From: an uncultured delta proteobacterium
GTDB taxonomy: Bacteria > Desulfobacterota > RBG-13-43-22
Assembly (NCBI GenBank): GCA_963790475.1
Contig: CAWBOS010000010.1
Span: 1,760,001 to 1,824,000, forward strand
Direction: 5' to 3'
Length of the DNA stretch: 64,000 nt
Each line of letters begins with the position of its first letter. Positions within the stretch are counted from its first letter, which is position 1. Of the stretch, positions 19,071 to 30,089 are shown piece after piece. Made by a program: the position numbers and the translations under genes. The notes below the pieces were generated by a model. The model searched no databases, was not told where the DNA came from, and saw only the letters and a list, made by a program, of their open reading frames with translations.

Positions 19071-20108
19071 ATGCAACAACAAATTACCGAACCGTGTGAT
19101 CTGCTCGACAATAACGGGTTGTTGACCAACCCCGGGTATGCCACCAGGGCCCTCTGGCGATATGATAGAGAAAAAATCAAAGCCGGTTGGTATCGGATCA
19201 AAGAATGGGATTATTATGCCATTCTTTCCATGGAAGATGGGTTCGGCATAACGTTTACTATGGCCGATTTGGGATATATCGGTTCGGCTGCCGTCTGCTG
19301 GCTTGATCTTAAGGAAAGAACCTGCAAACAACTCGGTGCGATGTCCGGCCTCCCCATGGGGAAAATGGGGTTTCCGGCAACTCCGGACCAGGGAGAGGTA
19401 GCCTTCGCCGATAAAAAGATCAAACTCAAATACATCGTCTCCGGCCCAGAGAGGATTATCCAAATCGACGCCCCGGATTATGTCGATGAAAAAGGGGGTA
19501 AGGGTTTAAAAGGCGAGTTGGTCCTGTATCAAGACCCTGATATGGACAGCATGGTTATCGCCACCTCCTGGAAGGAAAATCGGAGGGCCTTTTATTACAA
19601 CCAAAAAACAAATTGTATGCCGGCCCGGGGACCCATTACCTTGGGTGATCGGAGATACGAATTCAACCCAAAGTCATGTTTCGGGGTACTGGACTGGGGA
19701 CGAGGATACTGGACCTATAAAAACAGGTGGTATTGGGGATCGGCCTCTGGTTTGCTTAATGGTCACCCCTTCGGTTGGAACATCGGTTATGGATTCAGCG
19801 ATCGTTCACCGGCCAGTGAAAATATGTTGTTTTATAAACATAAAGCCCACAAACTGGAAGAGGTGACTTTCCATATCAATACCGGGGATTACCTGGCCCC
19901 CTGGAAGTTTACCAGCAGCGACGGGCGTTTTGAAATGGATTTCAACCCCATCCTCGACCGGCAAACCCATACGGAAATAATGTTTCTAAAGTCGGTTCAA
20001 CACCAGGTCTTCGGAACCTTCACCGGAAAGGTGGTCCTGGATGATGGAACTGAGCTTCAGGTCGATAACTTTCTCGGGTTCGCGGAAGACGTGTTGAACT
20101 GGTGGTAA
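19071..20108 (+). CDS. DUF2804 family protein
   Basis: Motifs RIKEWDYY, LDWGRGYW, HQVFGTFTG. Confidence 0.8.
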   Translation: MQQQITEPCDLLDNNGLLTNPGYATRALWRYDREKIKAGWYRIKEWDYYAILSMEDGFGITFTMADLGYIGSAAVCWLDLKERTCKQLGAMSGLPMGKMGFPATPDQGEVAFADKKIKLKYIVSGPERIIQIDAPDYVDEKGGKGLKGELVLYQDPDMDSMVIATSWKENRRAFYYNQKTNCMPARGPITLGDRRYEFNPKSCFGVLDWGRGYWTYKNRWYWGSASGLLNGHPFGWNIGYGFSDRSPASENMLFYKHKAHKLEEVTFHINTGDYLAPWKFTSSDGRFEMDFNPILDRQTHTEIMFLKSVQHQVFGTFTGKVVLDDGTELQVDNFLGFAEDVLNWW

Positions 20109-20247
20109 TCGTTTATGAGGAAAGGGCCGGATCGACCGCAGGTTTGTCGTCGCCTTTTCTTGGCTTATTTTATTATTTTTGGTTTACATTTGAGCGGGTC
20201 TCATCTATTTTGTTCCCAACGTTTTTAAGGAGTGTTAGAGAATCCAA

Positions 20248-21036
20248 ATGATCGGTATTTTTGATTCAGGGATAGGCGGGTTGACGGTGGTGCGGGAGGT
20301 TCTGGAAAAACTTCCCCAGTACCGCATCGTCTATTTCGGCGATACGGCCCGCTTTCCATATGGGACTAAAAGCCAAAAGACTATTATTGAATACGCCACT
20401 GAAGATACGGAATTCCTGTTATCTCAGGGGGCCAAGATTATTATTGTAGCCTGCAACTCGGCTTCGTCGGTAGCTTTTGAATCCTTAAGGGAGCGATTTA
20501 CCATTCCCGTTTTTGAGGTGATTCGCCCGGCAGTTGAAAAGACCCTTCGGTTGACTCAGAAACAAAGGGTAGGAGTCATTGGAACCAGGGCGACCATCGG
20601 AAGCGGAATTTATGAGCGGTTGCTGAAGAAGGCCCGGGCTGAGATCCAGGTCTTTTCGCAGGCTTGTCCCCTGCTGGTCCCTCTGGTGGAAGAGGGCTGG
20701 CTGAAAAGACCGGAGACCAAGAGGATCGTCCGCAAGTATTTATTTTCCTTAAAAATGAAACAGATTGATACCCTGGTCCTGGGTTGTACCCATTATCCGC
20801 TGCTCAAACCCATTATTCAGGCCAAGATGGGCCGCCGGGTGGCGGTAATTGATTCTTCGCAGGAAGTGGCTCTGCTGCTAAAGGCATACCTGGAAAAGAA
20901 TCCGGAAATTGCCGGAAGTTTAACCCCCGCCGCCGAACAGGACGGGCATCGTTTTTTTGTCTCCGATCTGACCCCGGCTTTTGAAAATATCGCCAGTCAG
21001 TTTTTAGGACGCTCCATCCGGCTGGAACTACCCTAA
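20248..21036 (+). CDS. murI: Glutamate racemase
   Basis: Motifs FDSGIGGLTV, ACNSAS, LGCTHYP. Confidence 0.97.
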   Translation: MIGIFDSGIGGLTVVREVLEKLPQYRIVYFGDTARFPYGTKSQKTIIEYATEDTEFLLSQGAKIIIVACNSASSVAFESLRERFTIPVFEVIRPAVEKTLRLTQKQRVGVIGTRATIGSGIYERLLKKARAEIQVFSQACPLLVPLVEEGWLKRPETKRIVRKYLFSLKMKQIDTLVLGCTHYPLLKPIIQAKMGRRVAVIDSSQEVALLLKAYLEKNPEIAGSLTPAAEQDGHRFFVSDLTPAFENIASQFLGRSIRLELP

Positions 21037-21177
21037 AGAGGGTCAGGAAGGGGATGACGGGAAAAGGAACTGTCATGTAAGCGGCCTGTGTCTATTATTT
21101 TCCCGCTGGGCCCTGTGACCTCCGGGTTGTGTCAGAGAAAAAGATTTCTTCTTCGGAAAAGATACCGGTTCTGTGTT

Positions 21178-21585
21178 TTAAAACTGGATCTCCATGGCCT
21201 TATAGGCGCAAACCGGCAGACAGGCCTCACAGATGATGCATCGTTCCCGATTGAAAGAGACCTTCATTTCTTCCCGGTCCACTGACAGCGCATTGGTAGG
21301 ACAATGAGGGATACAGGCCGTACAATGGGAACAGCGGTCTTTAAGGTGTCTCACCTCCTGGGCCAAAGGTTCAACTTGAATCCCTATCTTTTTTAGATAG
21401 TCCAATCCATTGCTCACCGCTTCACGACTGCCGTTTAATTCAATGACCAGTCGTCCTTCCGCCTTGGGACGGACCGTAGCCTTCAGGATATTGATCTGGC
21501 AATCATAATTCTTGATCAGGTTATAGGTGATCGGTTCTTCTATTAGGGCTGGTGGAAAAGTTAAGATGACCTTTTTCTTGGCCAT
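21178..21585 (-). CDS. NIL domain / 2x[4Fe-4S] ferredoxin (partner of DUF39)
   Basis: INILKA NIL motif plus two CxxCxxCxxxC motifs. Confidence 0.88.
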   Translation of the reverse strand: MAKKKVILTFPPALIEEPITYNLIKNYDCQINILKATVRPKAEGRLVIELNGSREAVSNGLDYLKKIGIQVEPLAQEVRHLKDRCSHCTACIPHCPTNALSVDREEMKVSFNRERCIICEACLPVCAYKAMEIQF

Positions 21586-21608
21586 AACAATCTCCTTAAA
21601 TAAATAAT

Positions 21609-21724
21609 AGGTTTAAGGTCTAAGGTACACGGTATAAGGTTTCACCTAATAAATCGAAATTATATTACATTAATCTCCAACTTCAATTCTTTTCCCTTGA
21701 ACCTCAAACCGTAAACCTTGGACC
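21609..21724. repeat. Inverted heptamer tandem repeats
   Basis: AGGTTTA AGGTCTA AGGTACA CGGTATA AGG, facing CCTTGAA CCTCAAA CCGTAAA CCTTGGA CC. Confidence 0.7.
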
Positions 21725-21732
21725 GTTCTTTT

Positions 21733-22893
21733 TCAAGCTCCCGGCAACGGGGCCACAGGTTCGGTCAACAGGAATTTTCCTTGAAGCAGCCAACTTTTCA
21801 AGGTTTCGGCTACCTCTCTGGCCTTGCTATAGCTGGACATCCCGCCGGTAGGAATTACTTTCCCTTTAAAGGATATCTTTCCCGATTTTAATTCGGCATA
21901 ATTGACTTCGCCCAGGGTCTTTCCCGTCCCTTGTGGATAGTCATGGCTGTAATCGACAATCGGGGCCCAGATATCTTCATCCCGGACAGAGGTAAAGGCC
22001 ACCATTTCTTCATCCAGGATCGGTATTGGGACCCCGATGCTTACCGCCAGGGTGGGGCCATAACCAGTCATGGAAATTCCCCGCAACCATGGAGCGCTCA
22101 TCTGCTTCAGGTCTCCAATAACAGCTAAGGTCCCTGCGCCTGCCCGGGGGACTTTGTTTTTCCCACGCGGGGCCCCTGGATTATGCTGTGTTCCCGGCCA
22201 GCAGACATAGCCGATTCCTCCTCCCAGAAATATTCTGGTCCCCAGGCCTATGGTCCGATACATAGGATCGTTCATTAGAGGAGATAGCTGACCGGCACTA
22301 CAGTAATTGGCATTACCCATTTTCGGGCGCAGGACTCCCATATAGGTATAAATAACCTTGTCCGATAGGTTTAAGGCCACATTATAATTTTGATAGCCGT
22401 TACGGGGATTGAAAAGCACGGCATCGTTGAAATCCTTAAGGGTCAAGGTTACTTCTCTTTTTCTCAAGGGGTAGCAATCGGTCCCATAACCGGTGGCAGT
22501 CAGAACCACTTTTTTCCCGGCCACCAATTCTTCTATGACGTGGGCCCCGCCGTATAAGAACTGTCCAGGATAGACGGCATTCCGGGGGTCGTCATCGGGC
22601 ATGGCTGTGGCCCCGATAAGGATGTCGGCAGCGGCAAAGCCGGTATAAACCGGGACATTATTTAGATAGGCCTTACCGCCTCCCATCTTCATCTTGGGAA
22701 TGGGTTGTTTGACATTGAAATAGGCTCCGGAAGAACACATGGGGCTGAAGGTGCCGGTGGTGACCACGTCTACTTCCTGGGCCACCTTTTTGGCCCCTTT
22801 CTTTTTGGTCAGCCCGATAATCTCCTCAGCGGTCACCACAACCGCCTTCCCTTTTTTAATTTTTTCGTTTATTTCCGCGATAGTTTTACTCAT
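21733..22893 (-). CDS. DUF39 homocysteine biosynthesis enzyme (aspartate-semialdehyde sulfurtransferase type)
   Basis: KTIAEINEKI, VDVVTTGTFSPMCSSG, YGTDCYP, GTQHNP; adjacent NIL-ferredoxin gene. Confidence 0.88.
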   Translation of the reverse strand: MSKTIAEINEKIKKGKAVVVTAEEIIGLTKKKGAKKVAQEVDVVTTGTFSPMCSSGAYFNVKQPIPKMKMGGGKAYLNNVPVYTGFAAADILIGATAMPDDDPRNAVYPGQFLYGGAHVIEELVAGKKVVLTATGYGTDCYPLRKREVTLTLKDFNDAVLFNPRNGYQNYNVALNLSDKVIYTYMGVLRPKMGNANYCSAGQLSPLMNDPMYRTIGLGTRIFLGGGIGYVCWPGTQHNPGAPRGKNKVPRAGAGTLAVIGDLKQMSAPWLRGISMTGYGPTLAVSIGVPIPILDEEMVAFTSVRDEDIWAPIVDYSHDYPQGTGKTLGEVNYAELKSGKISFKGKVIPTGGMSSYSKAREVAETLKSWLLQGKFLLTEPVAPLPGA

Positions 22894-23091
22894 GGTCAAA
22901 TCCCTCGGTGATAATTTATCATCATTATTCTTCGATACACTCGGAAAAATTCATTATTTTTAATAATCCCGCTTTTGATGGATGATGTCAAGAGAAGAAA
23001 TGGCGTTTGTTTCGGTTTAATCAGGCAGGACCCTGGAATGTTTTTATTATCAATTACCATCAAAAGATCAATTTTTATGCGGCTTCGAGGG

Positions 23092-23737
23092 TCAATCTTT
23101 CCAGCCATGTTCACCGATCAGACTGACAAACCGGACTCCCCCCAAATCTTCTTCCCGGAACCCTTCTTTGGTTCTGGTGATTTTTTCTAGCGTTTGGGAA
23201 TAGCGGTCTCCCACCGGGATGATCATTCGGCCGTTTACGGCCAGTTGTTCCAGAAGGGGCGCCGGGATATCCGGAGAAGCTCGCGGTTACGACAATGGCG
23301 TCAAAGGGACTTTCTTCCGGCCAGCCCTGGGTGCCGTCATACACCTTGAGCACCACGTTTAAATATTTCAATTGATCGAGGATCCTCCGGGCGTTTTGAA
23401 ACAGGGAGCGGATCCTTTCAATGGAATAGACCTTCCGAGAAAGTTCGGCCAGGATAGCCGTCTGATATCCCGAACCGGTGCCGATTTCCAGAACTTTCTC
23501 CTGTCCTTTAAGCTCCAGGGCCTGGGTCATCAAGGCCACAATATAGGGCTGGGAAATGGTTTGCTTTTCCCCGATAGGAACAGGATAATCGCTGTAGGCC
23601 TCGCCCCAAAGGGCCTCTTCCATGAACCAATGTCTGGGGACTTTCCGCATAGCCGAAAGGACCCTCAAATCATTGATCCCCCGGGGGATAAGTTGCTCCC
23701 GGACCATTCTTTCCCGGGCTTGGTTTAAGTCCATCAT
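23092..23737 (-). pseudogene. pcm: Protein-L-isoaspartate O-methyltransferase, frameshift near 23280
   Basis: QTISQP and [11 protein letters not shown]; C-terminus [10 protein letters not shown]...[12 protein letters not shown] is in another frame. Confidence 0.85.
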
Positions 23738-24017
23738 GACCGCCTTTTTATCGAAAGCCTTTGTAAACTTTTTCAAAAATCGAGATCATAATCTATATGA
23801 ATACCCCCCTAAAAAGGCCAAGCCCTCGGCTGATCCTCATCAGGATATCAAACTATTGTCAGACAGGGTGCCTGAACTATATTATCTCAAAATTTTTCAC
23901 TAAAAAAAGGATCTTTATGATATATAGGACTTGTGAGATTAAGTGTCAATCAGATTTTAAATCCAGGGGCTATCTGGGCATAACCGCCCGGAATCCGGTC
24001 CAAGAAGGACTTAAAGT

Positions 24018-24245
24018 ATGGCCGAATCATTGAATATAAAAAGGATCGGGAAAAAACTGGGGATAATAATCCTGGCGATGGTTATTTTTCTATTGCTCTC
24101 CATGTGGATCAAAGGGGTAGAAATGAAATTCAGAATTTTCATGGCCCTTTTTGCCGGATTGTCGGCCTGGATGGGAATTGTCTCCCTGGTCATCTGGTTA
24201 TGGAAAGAAAGCAGCCGAAAGGATGCCGAACGAGAAAAAGGATAG
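24018..24245 (+). CDS. Small two-TM hypothetical protein
   Basis: AAGGA RBS and two hydrophobic helices. Confidence 0.5.
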   Translation: MAESLNIKRIGKKLGIIILAMVIFLLLSMWIKGVEMKFRIFMALFAGLSAWMGIVSLVIWLWKESSRKDAEREKG

Positions 24246-24250
24246 GTCCC

Positions 24251-24595
24251 ATGAAGACGGTAAAAAGAAAATTTAGAAATCCCCTGGAAATGAAAGCGCC
24301 GGATGTCCTTCAAACGTTCATCGGCCTTTTCGAGAGTAAAGGATGGTTGAACCAGACGATTCGAATCAGACGCCGTGAAAGAAGATACCGGATTTCCTGC
24401 TCAGAGATGGGATTCATAGCTTACCGGATAAATGATCACTGCGGGGTTTCTCCGGGCATTCCCGGCTGGCCGGTGTGTTTTGTCACCCAGGAACAAATTA
24501 TGGACGACTCGGATATGTCCAGATTTACATCAACCGAACCCAGCGTCCAGGATTGGTTGCGTTTCATCATGGATGACGATTTAGAATTGATTTGA
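24251..24595 (+). CDS. Hypothetical protein
   Basis: ATG 24251 at operon-like spacing before the PfkB kinase. Confidence 0.55.
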   Translation: MKTVKRKFRNPLEMKAPDVLQTFIGLFESKGWLNQTIRIRRRERRYRISCSEMGFIAYRINDHCGVSPGIPGWPVCFVTQEQIMDDSDMSRFTSTEPSVQDWLRFIMDDDLELI

Positions 24596-24608
24596 AAGGT
24601 CAAGTTTT

Positions 24609-25535
24609 ATGAATATCATTGTTTCCGGTTCTTTGGCTTATGACAGGATAATGGATTTTCCAGGTTATTTTGAGGAACACATCCTCCCAGAAAAAATTCA
24701 TGTTTTAAATATCGCTTTTACGGTCAATGGTATGAGAGAGAAATTCGGCGGCACGGCCGGCAATATCGCCTACGCCTTGGCCCTGATGGGGGAACAACCT
24801 GAAATATCCGCTACCATTGGCAATGATTATCATCGATATCTGGCCTGGCTGACCCAAAACGGGCTCTCCACCAAAAATATCAAAATCATAGAAGAAGAAT
24901 TCACCGCCGGTGCCTACATCACCACCGATCAGGCCGACAACCAGATCACCGGGTTCAACCCCGGGGCCATGAAATTTTCTTCCTGCCTGGATTTCGACCG
25001 ACTCAACCCGAAAGAAACCTTGCTCATTATTTCTCCCGGCAACCTGGAGGACATGATAACCTATCCGCGGGCCTGTAAAGCCAAAGGGATCGACTATATA
25101 TTTGATCCCGGACAATCCATACCCATGCTGGGTGCCGAAGACCTCCTCCAGGCCACAGAAGGATGCCGGATTCTAATCTCCAACGATTATGAACTGGAAT
25201 TAATCATGAGCAAAACCGGATTAAACAAAGAGGACCTCCTTAAAAAAGCCTCGGCCATTATTGTCACTCTGGGGGAAGCGGGTTCACGAATTTACACACC
25301 GGAAAATGAAATCACCATTCCTGCCGTCAATCCGAAAAAAGTGGAAGACCCAACGGGCGCCGGCGATTCTTACCGCGGGGGATTGATCAGCGGTCTAGTC
25401 CGGGGTATGAGTATCGAACGGTCCGCCAGGATTGGAAGTGTTTGTTCCTCTTTTGCGGTCGAATGCTATGGAACGCAGGACTACCGATTTAGCCCTGCGG
25501 AATTTGAGGAGAGATTTAAGAACTGCTACGAATGA
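24609..25535 (+). CDS. PfkB family carbohydrate/nucleoside kinase
   Basis: Motifs GSLAYD, GGTAGNIAY, DPTGAGDSYRGG. Confidence 0.92.
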   Translation: MNIIVSGSLAYDRIMDFPGYFEEHILPEKIHVLNIAFTVNGMREKFGGTAGNIAYALALMGEQPEISATIGNDYHRYLAWLTQNGLSTKNIKIIEEEFTAGAYITTDQADNQITGFNPGAMKFSSCLDFDRLNPKETLLIISPGNLEDMITYPRACKAKGIDYIFDPGQSIPMLGAEDLLQATEGCRILISNDYELELIMSKTGLNKEDLLKKASAIIVTLGEAGSRIYTPENEITIPAVNPKKVEDPTGAGDSYRGGLISGLVRGMSIERSARIGSVCSSFAVECYGTQDYRFSPAEFEERFKNCYE

Positions 25536-25544
25536 GTTACTGCA

Positions 25545-25739
25545 TTATAAGGAACTCTTTTTCTTTCCGACCCTTGCCGCTCTACGAAGAGAATTCAGAT
25601 TACCTTTGACCGGACAGGGTATCCCTTTTTCAACGACTTTGCCAAGTATCCCGCAAAACACGCCGTTGGCCGCCAGGCAGGCGGCATGTTGGGCTTTTTT
25701 ATTATCGGCCTTGTCACACATGAATGAACAAAATTTCAT
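25545..25739 (-). CDS. Small Cys-rich hypothetical protein
   Basis: 64 aa with five Cys (CSFMC...C...C...CP). Confidence 0.5.
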   Translation of the reverse strand: MKFCSFMCDKADNKKAQHAACLAANGVFCGILGKVVEKGIPCPVKGNLNSLRRAARVGKKKSSL

Positions 25740-25850
25740 CCTGTTGCCTTAATTTGTTGAGGATCTTAAAATAATCTTGACCTAAGACTTAAGATCTCTC
25801 AGTAGAGGAGACCGGAGGGTCAATAATTTTTTGAGACCCTTGATAAGTAG

Positions 25851-25885
25851 AAAAGGGGTAATCCGCCACAACCGAATTACCCCTT
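25851..25885. terminator. Terminator-like hairpin downstream of the tRNA
   Basis: AAGGGGTAAT...ATTACCCCTT. Confidence 0.6.
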
Positions 25886-25893
25886 AAAATTTC

Positions 25894-25970
25894 TGGTCGG
25901 GACGACTGGATTTGAACCAGCGGCCCCCTGAACCCCATTCAGGTGCGCTACCAGACTGCGCTACGTCCCG
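25894..25970 (-). tRNA. tRNA-Pro (GGG)
   Basis: CGGGACGTAGCGCAGTCTGGTAGCGCACCTGAATGGGGTTCAGG...GGTTCAAATCC...CCCGACCA; 77 nt cloverleaf with encoded CCA. Confidence 0.97.
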
Positions 25971-26136
25971 ACAGGTTGATTTCTACCACTTTCAGTAAAA
26001 CCTGTCAAGTTTTCCATTATTTTTTTCTAATGACATTCATTGAAAGAAAGACCGCACCAAAGGAAATCGATATCTTTCTGTTGCAGGTTGCGGGTTTTCG
26101 GAGGAATGGTATCGTTTTTTACCCCCCCACCCGCTT

Positions 26137-27528
26137 TCAAGCAGCCTTTCCACAATACGGGCAGGCCTTCCAGGAATCCTGAAGCTTTTTTCCGCAACCC
26201 GAACATTTCAAGATCAATGGGTAAGCGCAACTGGGGCAGTTAGCAAAAAAATGTTCTACCGGGTGAAGACAAACCGGGCAGCAGCGGGCGCCAACTTCAT
26301 AAGGGACGACACGCATCATTTCTTCCAGACTGATCATGGAGGCCATGGCTTTCCTGATTCCGCAGGCCAGCAGGGTTTCCATCCCTTCCTCCACGGCCAG
26401 ACGCCGCAATTCCGTCTCCGGGGCCTTCGTCTGGATCGCCTCCCGAAAAGTAGGGGTCACGGTCAGTAATTCAAAAACTCCCTCCCGGCCTTCATACCCC
26501 TGCCCCCGGCAGGCGGTACAGCCCTTTCCGTGGTAAAAAATATTCTCCTTCGGCAAATGTAAATGATACCGCTCCAAAACTGAAAGATCGGGCTGATAAG
26601 GATTCAGGCACTGGGAGCAGTTTTTTCGAATCAACCTTTGCGACAAGATCCCCAACAAACAGGAAGAAAGGACATAAGATTCCAATCCCAGGTTATATAG
26701 ACGGGTGATGGTGGAAACGGCATCATTGGTGTGCAGGGTACTGAGGACCAAATGCCCGGTAAAGGCCGCCCGTAAGGCAATTTGGGCCGTCTCTTCATCC
26801 CGGATTTCTCCGACCAGAATGACATCCGGGTCCTGTCGGAGAATGGAACGCAAGGTATTGGCAAAAGTCAGTCCGACCTTGTCAAAAACCTGAACCTGAT
26901 TTATCCCCTCCAGGGCGTACTCGATGGGATCTTCGACGGTAATGATATTAATACCCTCCCGATGGATGGTTTGAAGTATGGAGTACAGGGTGGTGGTCTT
27001 TCCGCTGCCCGTAGGTCCGACAACCAGGATCAATCCCTGGGGACGTTCAATCATGGCCGAGAGCCGTTCTAACTGGACCCCAGGCAGCCCCAAATGATCC
27101 ACTCCCAGAAAGGGCTGATGGGTGTCCAGAATGCGAACCACGACCTTTTCCCCCCACAGGGTAGGAAGAAAGGACACCCTGAGATCAATGCCCTTCCCCT
27201 GATATCGGATCCTAAAGCTTCCATCCTGAGGGATCCTTTTTTCACTGATATCCAAATTGCAGCTAATCTTATAGCGAGAGGCCAAAGACTCCAGGGCAGA
27301 GCGGGGAAAGATCGGCCCCTTGATTAACCAGCCATCAATCCGGTAGCGTATCTGAACCGTCTTTTCAGTAGGCTCGAAATGGATATCACTGGCTTTCAGG
27401 CGAATGGCCTCCTCCAATATTTCTTTTTGTATCCGCACTGCCGGGGATTGCTCCGATTCCCCGGAAATCTTGTCCAATAGAACTTCTTTTTTAACCAGGC
27501 TGATACTTTGTCGGATATCGGCGGCCAT
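26137..27528 (-). CDS. GspE/PilB family secretion ATPase with C-terminal double zinc ribbon
   Basis: ASDIHFEP, GPTGSGKTTTLY, LRQDPDVILVGEIRD, STLHTND; C-terminal CxxC clusters. Confidence 0.92.
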   Translation of the reverse strand: MAADIRQSISLVKKEVLLDKISGESEQSPAVRIQKEILEEAIRLKASDIHFEPTEKTVQIRYRIDGWLIKGPIFPRSALESLASRYKISCNLDISEKRIPQDGSFRIRYQGKGIDLRVSFLPTLWGEKVVVRILDTHQPFLGVDHLGLPGVQLERLSAMIERPQGLILVVGPTGSGKTTTLYSILQTIHREGINIITVEDPIEYALEGINQVQVFDKVGLTFANTLRSILRQDPDVILVGEIRDEETAQIALRAAFTGHLVLSTLHTNDAVSTITRLYNLGLESYVLSSCLLGILSQRLIRKNCSQCLNPYQPDLSVLERYHLHLPKENIFYHGKGCTACRGQGYEGREGVFELLTVTPTFREAIQTKAPETELRRLAVEEGMETLLACGIRKAMASMISLEEMMRVVPYEVGARCCPVCLHPVEHFFANCPSCAYPLILKCSGCGKKLQDSWKACPYCGKAA

Positions 27529-27582
27529 TTATCATTCTCCTTAGGGTCAGGTCGGAAAGAATTATTTTTTCAAGAATTTAAA

Positions 27583-27598
27583 AGCAAAATTTGTACCA
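27583..27598 (-). promoter_or_regulatory. Sigma54 (-24/-12) promoter
   Basis: TGGTAC-AAATT-TTGCT about 55 bp upstream of the ATPase start. Confidence 0.65.
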
Positions 27599-28410
27599 TC
27601 GGGAAGGACCCATAAATGTTTCTTCTCCAGTTGGCGCAGCCCTGCAGGGGAAAAGTCTTGAGGGCCTTATGGAAGCCTGTTTCGCCGACCGCTGAGGACC
27701 TGTCCTAAAATATTTCTTCACCATGAAATGCGGGGAGAATCCGGAACAAGAGTTTCCGGAAAATGTAAAGTTTGTTTTCGATTAAGGACCCATTCAATAT
27801 CATCCTGCGGATTAAATTTCTGGAGGCGGTCTTGGGTTACAAGATTACTTGTCCGGGAGGGTTCAATCCCAGGACCAGACACTCTCCCTGTGAAGTTTTT
27901 CTCCATTGATTTTTTATTTTTCCCTTGACTCGCTATTAAAAGTATAATAAGTGAAAATTAAAACTTTAGACTTTTGTTCAATTAACTAAAAACGGCTATT
28001 GCCGATTTCCGTTGTTTGGCAAATAAATTGGACCAGGCATTCAAAAATCGAATCAAAAACTTAAATTCCTTTCTATTATCCACTCTATGTAACGATGGAT
28101 TTCCCATCCAAGATCGTAAAAAATCCCCCTGTCGGCCTGCCGGGTGCACAAGGAATCAACTTACTTTAACTACAGAAAAAGGTGAGGTGAAGGGATTTTG
28201 AGCGTTATTCAATCGACTAAAGGGGCACTTAACTTCTTTTCCCCTTATCATTGCATGTCAGTTAATTTTTTCATTGACCACTAGGAATAAAAGTCTTTTC
28301 TTGAAACCGAAATTGACCCTTTGAGTAATATGGTTCCAAACCGGTCATCATTGACGATATTGGAGCGTATCTGGAAATATCTTAACCATATTTTACTAAA
28401 GGAGGGTAAG

Positions 28411-30081
28411 ATGCAAAAGGCAAGAAAGAATTACTTTACAGGTTGGTCCATGTGGCCCATGGTGTTTTCAATCATTCTTTCCCTGGTTCTGGTCTCCACG
28501 GCACCCGCCCAAATGAAAAAGGCTCTGAGGGATAAAGCAAAAAAGGTTGAGAAGACTCAGGAGGCAAAGAAACAAAAAACAACCGTAAAACCTCAATATG
28601 GGGGAATCTACCGGAGCGTCATGCAGGCTGACCCGAGATCCCTCGACGCCCACCAGGAAACTTATGGGGCGACCACTGTCATCACCGGTAATACCAATAG
28701 CACACTGCTAAGGACCAACCCCGAGATGACCGGATGGGAGCTGGATCTGGCCGAAAGCGTGAAGCAGATCGACGACACGACCTATGAATTCAAGATTCAT
28801 AAGGGGGTGCGTTTTCACAACGTCCCCCCGGTCAACGGCCGAGAGTGCACCTCGGCGGATGTCAAATACAGCATCGAACGGGCCATGGGCATGTACGGTC
28901 GGAAATCCGACTTTAAACACTATTATTATTTCGACAAGATCAAATCCATCGAAACGCCGGACAAGTACACGGTTATATTTAAATTAAGCCAGCCCCTCGC
29001 CCCCTTTCTCAAGTACATTGCCACACCCTGGGCGGCCATTGTGGCCAAGGAGGTGGTCGACAAGTACGGGGACTTGAAAACAGTGGCCATCGGCACCGGT
29101 CCTTTCATCCTCAAGGAATTCGTCAAGGGCTCCCACATCACCCTGGTGAAAAACCCTAATTACTTTAAAAAAGGCCTGCCCTATCTGGACGGTATTAATT
29201 TTAAAATCATGCCCGATCCGGCCAGTATATTGTCGGCCTTTATTGCCGGAAGACTGGATGGCTGCGGGCTCTCCTTCTACCAGTTGGATACCGCCAAAAA
29301 AGAAGCCCCGGACGCCCTCATCGATGAATATCCCGGCACCCACATGTGGGTCCTGCGAGTGCAGCCCTGGATCGAAGGGACCAAACCCCTTAAAAAGCCC
29401 CTTGATGACAAGAGGGTCCGCCAGGCCATCTCCATGGCCATTGACAAGCCCAGGTTGTTGAAACTGGCCTGGGGTGGTTTCGGCACTGTCGCCACCGGAC
29501 CCGTTCCCCCGGTTTATGATGATGCCCTTCCTCCTGCCGATCAGGTGAAATACAATCCTGAACAGGCCAAAAAGCTTCTGGCCGAAGCCGGGTATCCCAA
29601 CGGCTTCCCCATCGAGCTTCTGACCTGGAACCTGGAATACATGACCAAGCCGGCCCAGGTCCTGAAAGAAATGCTCAAGGAGGTCGGCATCGATCTCAAA
29701 TTGACCCTATTGGAACAACCCCAATACTTCAACCGCGCCTATCACTTCGATTACGAATTATCTCTTCATATCATGACCGCCGGGGTAGACCCGGAAGAGT
29801 GGATGATCCCCTACTTCGGTCCTCTGAATGAATCCACCTTTTATAAATGGAGCAATCATGAGCTTTGGAAGCTGATCATGGATCAGCAGAAAATTATGGA
29901 TGTGACGAAGCGCAAGGCCCTGCTTAGAGAGATCCAGTTAAAGATCATGGACGACGCCACCCACACCTTTCTCTATACCCAGATGCGATTCACCATCCGG
30001 AGGCCCTATGTTCACAGGACCTTTTACCTCCTTGATTATCAACCCATGATTGCGGAAACCTATTGGATGGAAAAACATTAA
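28411..30081 (+). CDS. Peptide/nickel ABC transporter substrate-binding protein (family 5)
   Basis: DPRSLD, DVKYSIER, GTGPF, DKRVRQAISMAID; GGAGG RBS before ATG 28411. Confidence 0.92.
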   Translation: MQKARKNYFTGWSMWPMVFSIILSLVLVSTAPAQMKKALRDKAKKVEKTQEAKKQKTTVKPQYGGIYRSVMQADPRSLDAHQETYGATTVITGNTNSTLLRTNPEMTGWELDLAESVKQIDDTTYEFKIHKGVRFHNVPPVNGRECTSADVKYSIERAMGMYGRKSDFKHYYYFDKIKSIETPDKYTVIFKLSQPLAPFLKYIATPWAAIVAKEVVDKYGDLKTVAIGTGPFILKEFVKGSHITLVKNPNYFKKGLPYLDGINFKIMPDPASILSAFIAGRLDGCGLSFYQLDTAKKEAPDALIDEYPGTHMWVLRVQPWIEGTKPLKKPLDDKRVRQAISMAIDKPRLLKLAWGGFGTVATGPVPPVYDDALPPADQVKYNPEQAKKLLAEAGYPNGFPIELLTWNLEYMTKPAQVLKEMLKEVGIDLKLTLLEQPQYFNRAYHFDYELSLHIMTAGVDPEEWMIPYFGPLNESTFYKWSNHELWKLIMDQQKIMDVTKRKALLREIQLKIMDDATHTFLYTQMRFTIRRPYVHRTFYLLDYQPMIAETYWMEKH

Positions 30082-30089
30082 TTTAAGAA

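Noticed and set aside
21178-22893. DUF39 plus NIL-ferredoxin as a novel system
   Set aside because: Already described as the sulfide-dependent homocysteine synthesis pair of anaerobes.
25894-25970. tRNA-Pro as an integration site
   Set aside because: No integrase or duplicated tRNA 3' end was noticed; a terminator follows directly.
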